Positions 9,694-17,954 of a stretch of DNA of 61,860 bases are shown here, one piece after another. Location: assembly GCA_003157485.1 (NCBI GenBank), contig PMJQ01000184.1, forward strand, positions 41,347 through 103,206, in the 5' to 3' direction. Below the pieces are notes generated by a model, which was not told the origin of the DNA, did no database searches, and saw nothing but the letters and a program-made list of their open reading frames with translations. The DNA is from Ignavibacteriota bacterium (lineage in GTDB: Bacteria; Bacteroidota; Ignavibacteria; UBA10030; UBA6906). The first letter of the stretch is position 1, and every line of letters starts with the position of its first letter. The position numbers and the translations under genes were made by a program.

Positions 9694-10833
9694 GTGAGTA
9701 TGGAAATTCAGGCGCTGAATGAGACCGACAGGCCGCCGGTGCAGGGCCCGCCGGCGCACATTGCCGGCGTAAGGCGCGCAACGAGGCCGGTCATGATCGG
9801 CGGAGTCCGCGTGGGGGGGGGTGCGCCGATTTCAGTCCAGACGATGACAAAGTCGAGGACCGGCGACGTCGAGGCGACGGTCGCCCAGATCCTCGCCGCC
9901 GCCGAGGCGGGCTGCGACATCGTGCGCGTGACGGTGAACGACAGGGAAGCGGCCGATGCGATGAAGGAGATCGTCCGCCGTTCGTCGATCCCTGTCGTTG
10001 CTGACATCCACTTCAATCACGTGTTCGCGTTGAAAGCGATAGAGGCGGGCGTGGCGAAGGTCCGTCTTAACCCGGGAAACATCGGAAGCCGGGACAGGAT
10101 CCACGAGGTCCTGGGGGCCGCGAAAGCCCGCCGGATACCGATACGGATCGGCGTGAATTCCGGTTCGCTGGAGGAGGATATACTGGCGAAGCACGGCTAT
10201 CCGACGGCCGAGGCCCTCTACGAGAGTGCGATGCGCCACGTGGGGATTTGCGAAGAGTTCGGTTTTCATGACGTCATCATATCGGTGAAGTCGACGGACG
10301 TCCGGCTCATGATTGACGCCTACCGGCTTGTCGCCGAGCGGACGGACATCCCCCTCCATCTGGGCGTCACGGAAGCCGGACCGACGAGGACCGGAACGAT
10401 AAAGTCCGCCGTCGGCATCGGGACGCTCCTTGCCGAAGGGATCGGCGATACGATAAGGGTTTCCCTCACCGACGATCCCGTGAAAGAAGTGGAGGTGGGA
10501 AAGGAAATCCTCCGTTCCCTGAATCTTGCGACAAGGAACGTGGAACTCATCGCCTGCCCGACGTGCGGCAGGCTTGAAGTGGACCTCTTCGGCATCATGG
10601 CGGAGCTGGAGAAGCGTCTGGAGGGGATCAAGAAGCCCGTCAAGATCGCGGTCCTTGGGTGCGTCGTGAACGGTCCCGGAGAAGCGAGCGAAGCGGATAT
10701 CGGGATTGCCGCGGGGAAAGGGGTCGGCATACTCTACCGTAAGGGCGAGGTAATCCGCCGGGTCAAAGAATCGGAGATCGTCGACGTCATCGTTGAAGAG
10801 GTACGCAATTTCGTCCCCGAAGGGGAAGGCTGA
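9694..10833 (+). CDS. ispG: (E)-4-hydroxy-3-methylbut-2-enyl-diphosphate synthase (short form)
   Basis: PISVQTMT, VADIHF, RLNPGNIG, PLHLGVTEAG, CPTCGR and GCVVNGPGE. Alternative ATG at 9700. Confidence 0.96.
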   Translation: MSMEIQALNETDRPPVQGPPAHIAGVRRATRPVMIGGVRVGGGAPISVQTMTKSRTGDVEATVAQILAAAEAGCDIVRVTVNDREAADAMKEIVRRSSIPVVADIHFNHVFALKAIEAGVAKVRLNPGNIGSRDRIHEVLGAAKARRIPIRIGVNSGSLEEDILAKHGYPTAEALYESAMRHVGICEEFGFHDVIISVKSTDVRLMIDAYRLVAERTDIPLHLGVTEAGPTRTGTIKSAVGIGTLLAEGIGDTIRVSLTDDPVKEVEVGKEILRSLNLATRNVELIACPTCGRLEVDLFGIMAELEKRLEGIKKPVKIAVLGCVVNGPGEASEADIGIAAGKGVGILYRKGEVIRRVKESEIVDVIVEEVRNFVPEGEG

Positions 10834-10864
10834 GAGGCCCTTCCTCCCCTGACACTCTTTGCGT

Positions 10865-10890
10865 GCCCGCCGGTTCCCGGCGGGCTTTTT
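10865..10890 (+). terminator. Rho-independent terminator after ispG
   Basis: GCCCGCCGG-ttc-CCGGCGGGC followed by TTTTT. Confidence 0.85.
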
Positions 10891-10981
10891 ACTGTTTTTT
10901 TGGAGCGGATTTCATTAGATTCACCCGAAGTCCGGGGGGCCCCCCCCTCGAGAACCAGACACCATTCGATGCCGGGGATCT

Positions 10982-11773
10982 GTGACACTGAACATATTCT
11001 TCATCGGCGACATCGTCGGCACGCCCGGTCTCGATCTGGCTGCCACGCTGATCCCGAACTACGTCAAAAAGTACGGCGTGGACCTTCTGATCGTCAACGG
11101 GGAAAATACGACCGAGGGGAAGGGGATCGCCGAAGAACATGCGAAGAGGCTCTTCGAGCTCGGAGCGCACGTGATCACGACCGGGAACCATGTGTGGGAC
11201 AGGTGGGACAGCCGGAAGGTCCTCGGAAGCGACAGGCGCATACTCCGTCCGCTGAACTACCCCCGGGAAAACGGCGGAAACGGCTATTATGTGGCCGACA
11301 TCCCGGGAAAAGGGAAAGCGGGAATCCTGAATCTGCAGGGGAGGGTTTTCATGCAGCCGATCGACGACCCTTTCAGGACCGCCGACTGGGCTGTTGCGAA
11401 GATCCATGAGGAGACCCCCGTGGTGTTCGTGGATTTTCATGCAGACGCGACCGCCGAGAAGATGGCGATGGGCTGGCATCTCGACGGCAAAGTCACGGCG
11501 GTCATCGGGACGCACACACACACACCGACCGCCGACGGGAGGATACTCCCGCGGGGGACCGCATTCCAGACCGACGTCGGCATGACGGGGCCGTATGATT
11601 CCGTTCTCGGGATGAAGAAGGATCTCGCCATCAAGCGGCTCATAACGGCGACGCCGCACAAATACGAAGTCGCCTCCCACGATGTGCGTCTGTGCGCGGT
11701 GTACGTCCAGGCGGATGCCGCGACCGGACGGGCGCTCGCAATGGAAAGCGTTATTTTTCCCGCATTCGGTTGA
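10982..11773 (+). CDS. TIGR00282/YmdB family metallophosphoesterase
   Basis: IGDIVG, NGEN, TTGNHVWD, VDFHADATAEK, GTHTH and TDVGMTGP. Confidence 0.92.
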   Translation: MTLNIFFIGDIVGTPGLDLAATLIPNYVKKYGVDLLIVNGENTTEGKGIAEEHAKRLFELGAHVITTGNHVWDRWDSRKVLGSDRRILRPLNYPRENGGNGYYVADIPGKGKAGILNLQGRVFMQPIDDPFRTADWAVAKIHEETPVVFVDFHADATAEKMAMGWHLDGKVTAVIGTHTHTPTADGRILPRGTAFQTDVGMTGPYDSVLGMKKDLAIKRLITATPHKYEVASHDVRLCAVYVQADAATGRALAMESVIFPAFG

Positions 11774-11776
11774 ACA

Positions 11777-12664
11777 ATGGCCGCATCACTGATCGACGGA
11801 AAGCTCATTGCCGCGGAGATCAGGGCGGAAGTCCGCCGCGGCGCCGATGAACTCCGGCGCACCAGGGGAATCACCCCGGGACTGGCGTTCATTCTCGTCG
11901 GCAACGACCCGGGCTCGGAAGTTTACGTCCGCTCCAAGGGGAAAGCGTGCGAGGAGCTGGGTTTCCGCTCCGTCACCGAGCGGCGGGCGGCCTCTTGCAG
12001 TGAACATGAGCTCCTGGCCCTCATCGCCGGATTCAATGCGGATCCCGCCGTACACGGGATACTCGTCCAGCTTCCGCTCCCGCGGCACATCGACGAGCAG
12101 CGCGTGATCGAAGCGATCGATTCCCGGAAGGACGTCGACGGATTCCATCCCGTGAACGTCGGAAAACTCGTGCTGGGGATTCCCTGCCTCCGTCCATGCA
12201 CTCCGGCGGGGATACTCGAACTCCTCGCCAGAAGCGGGAATGACCCGGGGGGGAAGCACGCGGTGGTCGTCGGCAGGAGCAATATTGTGGGGAAGCCGGT
12301 GTTCAACATGCTGATGCAAAAACAGCCGGGGGCGAACGCCGCAGTGACGGTCGTGCACACCGGCGTGAAGGACATCACTCCCTTTGTGAAACAGGCCGAC
12401 ATCGTGATTGCCGCGATGGGGAGGCCCCGCTCGATCACCGGCGCAATGCTCAAACCCGGGTGCGTTGTCATCGATGTGGGGATGAACCGGATCCCGGACC
12501 CTTCCGCAAAAACCGGAACGCGCCTTGTCGGCGACGTGGATTTCGCCTCCGCGCAGGGTGTCGCTTCCGCGATCACCCCCGTTCCCGGAGGGGTCGGACT
12601 CATGACGATCGCCATGCTGATGAAGAATACACTTCAGGCCGCCTCGTCCTCTTCCGGGATCTGA
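11777..12664 (+). CDS. folD: Bifunctional methylenetetrahydrofolate dehydrogenase/cyclohydrolase
   Basis: GILVQLPLP, KDVDGFHP, VVVGRSNIVGKP and TPVPGGVG.MTIAML. Confidence 0.97.
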   Translation: MAASLIDGKLIAAEIRAEVRRGADELRRTRGITPGLAFILVGNDPGSEVYVRSKGKACEELGFRSVTERRAASCSEHELLALIAGFNADPAVHGILVQLPLPRHIDEQRVIEAIDSRKDVDGFHPVNVGKLVLGIPCLRPCTPAGILELLARSGNDPGGKHAVVVGRSNIVGKPVFNMLMQKQPGANAAVTVVHTGVKDITPFVKQADIVIAAMGRPRSITGAMLKPGCVVIDVGMNRIPDPSAKTGTRLVGDVDFASAQGVASAITPVPGGVGLMTIAMLMKNTLQAASSSSGI

Positions 12665-12706
12665 TCGCCTCCCATCGCCGCTCTCCTCCCCGTCGCCGTT
12701 CACAGG

Positions 12707-12738
12707 GGCGCCGCTTCGCGTGGCGCTGGAAGCGCCAC
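12707..12738. repeat. GGCGCC-family intergenic repeat (copy 1)
   Basis: GGCGCC at 12707-12, then the hairpin GTGGCGCT-gga-AGCGCCAC. 12721-37 matches 36049-65 at 16/17 nt. Confidence 0.6.
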
Positions 12739-12741
12739 TCA

Positions 12742-12770
12742 TTGAATATGTCTCCCCGATTGGGTACATT
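12742..12770 (+). promoter_or_regulatory. Putative promoter of pruA-sucC-gatB-tpiA
   Basis: TTGAAT-N17-TACATT. Confidence 0.6.
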
Positions 12771-12825
12771 GAAACGATTTTCGATGTTCTGACGCGTATT
12801 CCGTCTCCTGAAACAAGAGGCTTGC

Positions 12826-14385
12826 ATGTCCATCCCCAAATTCAAGAACGAACCGCTCGTAGATTTTTCGAAACCGGCCGCCAGGAAAAAGCAGGAGGCG
12901 GCGATTGCGTCGCTCAGGGCGTCTCTTGGCCGCGAGTATCCGATCGTCGCCGGAGGCGAACGGATCACCGCCCCGGGGAAATTCAGCTCGTTCAACCCCG
13001 CCCGGTCGACCGAAGTGGTGGGGGTGTTCCAGAAAGCAGACGCCGCCATCGCAGAGAAGGCGATGAGCGCCGCGCTCTCGGCGTTCGAAGTGTGGAAGCA
13101 CGTCCCTCCGCTCGTCCGTGCCGCGTGCCTCTTTAAGGCCGCACGCCTGATGCGGCGGCAGAGGTGGGCGCTGAACGCGGTCATGATACTCGAGGTTGGG
13201 AAGCCCTGGCCCGAAGCCGACGCAGACACGGCGGAGGCCATTGATTTCCTCGAGTTCTACGGGAGGGAGATGCTCCGCTACGGCGAAGATCAGCCTGTCG
13301 TGAAGAATCCGGGGGAGAAAGGGAAGCTCGTCTATGTCCCGCTCGGCGTCGGCGTCGTGATCCCGCCGTGGAATTTTCCCCTTGCGATACTCACCGGAAT
13401 GACATCGGCGGCGGTCGTGTCGGGGAACACCGTCATCCTCAAGCCGTCGAGCGATTCGCCGCTCATCGGCTGGAAATTCTTCGAGATCATGGAGCAGTCC
13501 GGGGTTCCCCCGGGGGTCATCAACTACGTGACGGGACCCGGCGGGGCGGTCGGGGATACGCTCGTTATGCACCCGAAAACGAGGTTCGTGTCGTTTACCG
13601 GCTCGAAAGAGGTGGGGATACACATCAACGAGACGGCCGCGAAAGTGCAGCCGGGACAGATCTGGCTGAAACGCGTGGTGGCGGAAATGGGGGGGAAGGA
13701 CTCGATCATTATCGATGCGGGGGTTGATCTCGAAGACGCGGCGAAAGGCGTTATTGCCTCCGCATTCGGATTCTCCGGCCAGAAGTGCTCGGCCTGCTCC
13801 CGCGTCATCGTTCACGCGGCGGTGTACGACAGGTTCGTCGGCATACTGGCGGAGAAGGCCGCAGCGCTGTCGCTCGGCGATCCCGCGTTGTCAACGACAG
13901 GAGTTGGCCCCGTCGTCAACAGGGGATCGCACGCGAGCATACTGAAGTATATCGGGACGGGAGTGCAGGAAGGGGGGCGCGTGGTCGCCGGAGGCGGTGC
14001 CGGCAGCCCTGAAGGGTACTTCATACAGCCGACGGTCATTGCCGATGTCGCGCCGGGCGCCACGATTGCGCAGGAGGAAATATTCGGTCCCGTCCTCGCC
14101 GTGATCCGGGCGAAGGACTTCGACGAGGCGATGGCGATCGCGAACAACACGGAATTCGGCCTGACGGGCGCCGTCTACACGAGGAACAGCAGGAACCGGA
14201 AGAGGGCGGAGCGGGACTTCTTCGTCGGGAATCTGTACTTCAACCGCAAATGCACCGGCGCGCTCGTCGGCGTCCATCCCTTCGGGGGCTTCAACATGAG
14301 CGGAACCGATTCGAAGGCAGGAGGGCGGGACTATCTCCTCCTGTTCCTCCAGGCGAAGTCCATCGCGGAGAAGGTCGCACGGTGA
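12826..14385 (+). CDS. pruA: L-glutamate gamma-semialdehyde (P5C) dehydrogenase, monofunctional
   Basis: PPWNFPLAI, FTGSKEVG, EMGGKD, GQKCSACSR, EEIFGPVL and PFGGFNMSGT; RocA/PruA-like N-terminus FKNEP..DF. Confidence 0.92.
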   Translation: MSIPKFKNEPLVDFSKPAARKKQEAAIASLRASLGREYPIVAGGERITAPGKFSSFNPARSTEVVGVFQKADAAIAEKAMSAALSAFEVWKHVPPLVRAACLFKAARLMRRQRWALNAVMILEVGKPWPEADADTAEAIDFLEFYGREMLRYGEDQPVVKNPGEKGKLVYVPLGVGVVIPPWNFPLAILTGMTSAAVVSGNTVILKPSSDSPLIGWKFFEIMEQSGVPPGVINYVTGPGGAVGDTLVMHPKTRFVSFTGSKEVGIHINETAAKVQPGQIWLKRVVAEMGGKDSIIIDAGVDLEDAAKGVIASAFGFSGQKCSACSRVIVHAAVYDRFVGILAEKAAALSLGDPALSTTGVGPVVNRGSHASILKYIGTGVQEGGRVVAGGGAGSPEGYFIQPTVIADVAPGATIAQEEIFGPVLAVIRAKDFDEAMAIANNTEFGLTGAVYTRNSRNRKRAERDFFVGNLYFNRKCTGALVGVHPFGGFNMSGTDSKAGGRDYLLLFLQAKSIAEKVAR

Positions 14386-14421
14386 CGATGTTCACATTCA
14401 ACTCCATGGAGACGGACGGCG

Positions 14422-15597
14422 ATGAAAGTCCATGAATACCAGGCGAAAGAGATCCTCCGGAAATTCGGTGTGGCGGTGCCCGCGGGGAAGGTCGCATTTT
14501 CCGTCGACGAAGCCGTGAGCGCTGCGTATGGCATCGGGGGGAGCATCTGGGTTGTCAAAGCCCAGATACACGCCGGCGGACGCGGCAAGGGGGGCGGAGT
14601 GCGGGTGGCGAAGACGCTCGAGGAAGTCCGCCAGGTCGCATCGCAGATACTGGGGATGAAGCTCGTCACACACCAGACCGGACCGGCCGGGAAGATCGTG
14701 AAACGGCTCCTGATCGAACAGGGGGTTGCCATCGCCCGCGAGATTTACGTGGGGGTGACGCTCGACCGTGCCACGTCGCGGAACGTCGTGATGGCGTCGA
14801 CAGAGGGGGGAGTGGAGATTGAAAAGGTGGCCGCCGAGTCGCCGGAAAAGATACTCCGCGAGCCGGTGGAACGGACTGCAGGATTCTATCCGTTTCAGGC
14901 GCGAAGGCTCGCATTCGGACTTGGACTCACGGGAGAGGCGTTCAGGAACGGCGTGAAGTTCCTCGCCGCGCTGTATAACGCGTATGACGCGATGGATTGC
15001 TCGCTCGCGGAAATCAACCCGCTCGTCGTGACGAAAGACGGGGGCGTCCTTGCGCTTGACGCGAAAATCAACTTCGACGACAACGCCCTCGACCGGCACC
15101 CCGAGCTGGCCGGGCTCCGCGACCTCGACGAAGAGGATTCCCTGGAGGTCGAGGCTTCGAAATCGAACCTGAACTATATCAAGCTCGAAGGGAACGTCGG
15201 CTGCATGGTCAACGGTGCGGGACTCGCGATGGGGACGATGGACATCATCAAGCTGGCGGGGGGAGAACCGGCGAACTTCCTCGACGTGGGCGGGGGAGCG
15301 AGCGCGGAGACCGTCGAGTCGGGATTCAAGATCATACTCGCCGATCCCCACGTCCGGGCGGTGCTTATAAATATATTCGGCGGGATCGTCCGGTGCGACC
15401 GGGTGGCGACGGGCGTTGTCGAAGCCGCGCGCAAAGTGAAAGTGGAGGTCCCGATCGTTGTCCGCCTTGCCGGAACGAATGCGGAGATCGCCCAGGACAT
15501 CCTCAAGAATTCCGGGATGAATTTCCTCGTCGCAGGGAGCCTGAAGGAGGCGGCGGAGAAGGTGACGCAGGCCATTCGGGAGCCGGTCGGCGCGTGA
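14422..15597 (+). CDS. sucC: Succinyl-CoA ligase (ADP-forming) beta subunit
   Basis: [33 protein letters not shown] and [12 protein letters not shown]. Confidence 0.97.
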   Translation: MKVHEYQAKEILRKFGVAVPAGKVAFSVDEAVSAAYGIGGSIWVVKAQIHAGGRGKGGGVRVAKTLEEVRQVASQILGMKLVTHQTGPAGKIVKRLLIEQGVAIAREIYVGVTLDRATSRNVVMASTEGGVEIEKVAAESPEKILREPVERTAGFYPFQARRLAFGLGLTGEAFRNGVKFLAALYNAYDAMDCSLAEINPLVVTKDGGVLALDAKINFDDNALDRHPELAGLRDLDEEDSLEVEASKSNLNYIKLEGNVGCMVNGAGLAMGTMDIIKLAGGEPANFLDVGGGASAETVESGFKIILADPHVRAVLINIFGGIVRCDRVATGVVEAARKVKVEVPIVVRLAGTNAEIAQDILKNSGMNFLVAGSLKEAAEKVTQAIREPVGA

Positions 15598-17075
15598 AAG
15601 CGGACGAAGAGTTCGAACCGGTCATCGGCCTTGAGGTTCACGCCCAGCTCCTGACACAGACAAAAGCGTTCTGCGGGTGTTCCGCGCGGTTCGGGGACGA
15701 GCCCAATACGAATGTCTGTCCCGTCTGCCTGGGGATGCCGGGAACGCTCCCCGTGCTGAACGTGCGGCTCGTGGAGTTCATCCTCCGGATGGGGCTGGCC
15801 GCCGGATCACGGATCGCCGCGCGCTCGGTCTTCGCCCGCAAGAACTACTTCTATCCCGATCTTCCGAAAGGATATCAGATATCCCAGCACGATGCGCCGA
15901 TCTGCGCGGGGGGGGGCATCGACATCGATCTCCCGGGCGGGGGAACGAAACGGATCGCGCTGGCCCGGATACACATGGAAGAGGACGCCGGCAAATCCGT
16001 CCACGATCAGGACGCCGACACGCTCGTGGACCTGAACAGGTGTGGCGTTCCCCTCATCGAAATCGTAAGTGAACCGGAAATCAGTTCACCCCGCGAAGCC
16101 TCCCTGTATCTCTCCCGTGTCCGGCAGCTCGTCACGTATCTCGGCATCTGCGACGGGAATATGGAGGAGGGGAGCCTCCGCTGTGACGCCAACGTCTCCG
16201 TCCGCCCGCGGGGAACAACGCCGCTCGGGACGAAGACGGAAGTGAAGAACATGAATTCCTTCCGGAACGTCGAGCGCGCTCTGGAGTTCGAGATAGGACG
16301 CCAGGTCCGGCTCATCAGGGACGGGGGGACGGTGGTGCAGGAGACGCTCCTCTGGGACGCGGACAGAAACGTCGCGCTCCCCATGCGGAGCAAGGAGGAA
16401 GCGCACGACTACCGGTATTTCCCCGATCCGGACCTCGCTGCAGTGCGCGTGGACGACGCCTGGATCGACGAAGTGAAGCGGAAGCTTCCCGAGCTTCCCG
16501 ACGCCCGGAGGCGGAGATTTGTCGCGGTTCTGGGGCTTCCCCCGTATGACGCGGACGTCCTCACCGCGGAGAAAGGGGTGGCCGACTACTTCGAGGAGAC
16601 TTTGGACGCGCTCGGCGGCGAAGGACCGGTCCGCGCGCAGAACGCGAAGGCCGCGAGCAACTGGGTCATGACGGATATCCTTCGTGTCGCCGGCGCCGGG
16701 AGGGCCTCGATGAAGGGGTTCCCCGTTTCCCCGGCGCATCTTGCCGCGATGATCCGGATGATCGCCGACGGTACCATAAGCGGCAAGATCGCAAAAGAGG
16801 TCTTCGAGGACATGGCCGCCACAGGCGGGGACCCGCGCGTTATCGTGGAACGGAAGGGGCTGGTGCAGGTCTCCGATCAGGGCGCGATCGAAAGGGCGGT
16901 GGATGCCGTCATCGGCTCAAACCTCCCGCAGGTGCAGAAATTTCTCGACGGCAACCAAAAAGTGTTCGGCTTCTTCGTCGGAGAGACGATGAAGATCATG
17001 AAAGGGAAGGGGAACCCGAAGATCGTCAATGAGGTGCTCCGCAGGAAACTCGGGGCGATCCCTTCCCGCCGCTGA
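15594..17075 (+). CDS. gatB: Asp-tRNA(Asn)/Glu-tRNA(Gln) amidotransferase subunit B
   Basis: GTGA overlap with sucC; [34 protein letters not shown] and [10 protein letters not shown]. Confidence 0.97.
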   Translation: MKADEEFEPVIGLEVHAQLLTQTKAFCGCSARFGDEPNTNVCPVCLGMPGTLPVLNVRLVEFILRMGLAAGSRIAARSVFARKNYFYPDLPKGYQISQHDAPICAGGGIDIDLPGGGTKRIALARIHMEEDAGKSVHDQDADTLVDLNRCGVPLIEIVSEPEISSPREASLYLSRVRQLVTYLGICDGNMEEGSLRCDANVSVRPRGTTPLGTKTEVKNMNSFRNVERALEFEIGRQVRLIRDGGTVVQETLLWDADRNVALPMRSKEEAHDYRYFPDPDLAAVRVDDAWIDEVKRKLPELPDARRRRFVAVLGLPPYDADVLTAEKGVADYFEETLDALGGEGPVRAQNAKAASNWVMTDILRVAGAGRASMKGFPVSPAHLAAMIRMIADGTISGKIAKEVFEDMAATGGDPRVIVERKGLVQVSDQGAIERAVDAVIGSNLPQVQKFLDGNQKVFGFFVGETMKIMKGKGNPKIVNEVLRRKLGAIPSRR

Positions 17076-17100
17076 TTCACACATCACACAGGAACTCCAT

Positions 17101-17859
17101 ATGCGAAACGTGATAATAGCAGGCAACTGGAAAATGTACAAGGACCTTTCTGCAACATCGGAACTTGTCGAAGGGCTCAAGACCCGGCTGGCGTCCGTCC
17201 CCCCCCGCGTCACAGTCGTCGTCTGTCCACCGTTCACGTCGCTGGCGGCGGCGGGGAGCATGCTGAAGGGCTCGACAATGAAGCTCGGGGCCCAAAACAT
17301 GTCCCAGCATGATGAGGGGGCGTACACCGGGGAGATCTCATGGAATATGATCCGTTCCGCGGGATGCGAGTACGTGATCCTCGGTCACTCGGAGCGGCGC
17401 CAGTATTTCGGCGAGAAGGACGAATTGATAAACGCAAAAGCAAAGAAGGCCCTCGCCTCGTCACTGAAGCCGATCATCTGCGTCGGCGAAACGCTCGCTG
17501 AGCGCGAAGGGGGGATCACCGACAGGGTGATCACGGCTCAGGTGAAGGGAGTTCTCGCCGGACTCACGCGGAGCGACATGTCTTCTGTCGTTATCGCCTA
17601 TGAACCAGTATGGGCGATAGGGACGGGGAAGACCGCAACCCCCGCGCAGGCACAGGAGGTACATCAGCTCATCCGGAAGCTGATATCCCAGATGCATGAC
17701 TGGCCCCTGGCTGAACAAACGGTCATACAATACGGCGGGAGCGTGAAGCCTGACAATGCGGCAGAACTTCTCTCACAAAATGACATTGATGGTGCATTGG
17801 TCGGCGGCGCATGCCTCAAGGCTGATTCGTTTGCTGCAATTGTGAACGCTGTAAAATAG
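17101..17859 (+). CDS. tpiA: Triosephosphate isomerase
   Basis: AGNWKM, GHSERR, AYEPVWAIGTG, YGGSVKP and DGALVGGA. Confidence 0.98.
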   Translation: MRNVIIAGNWKMYKDLSATSELVEGLKTRLASVPPRVTVVVCPPFTSLAAAGSMLKGSTMKLGAQNMSQHDEGAYTGEISWNMIRSAGCEYVILGHSERRQYFGEKDELINAKAKKALASSLKPIICVGETLAEREGGITDRVITAQVKGVLAGLTRSDMSSVVIAYEPVWAIGTGKTATPAQAQEVHQLIRKLISQMHDWPLAEQTVIQYGGSVKPDNAAELLSQNDIDGALVGGACLKADSFAAIVNAVK

Positions 17860-17879
17860 GGCAATTTAACGTTTTTTCA

Positions 17880-17908
17880 TTGCTTTCAGGGGAGTTTATG
17901 CGTATATT
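17880..17908 (+). promoter_or_regulatory. Putative promoter of the GH2-smc-lpx operon
   Basis: TTGCTT-N17-TATATT. Confidence 0.65.
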
Positions 17909-17909
17909 G

Positions 17910-17930
17910 AGGTGATATCTCTTATCACCT
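17910..17930. promoter_or_regulatory. Perfect 8-bp inverted repeat over the predicted +1 (operator-like)
   Basis: AGGTGATA-tctct-TATCACCT. Confidence 0.5.
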
Positions 17931-17954
17931 ACCTTTCAGGCGGTTACAACATAC

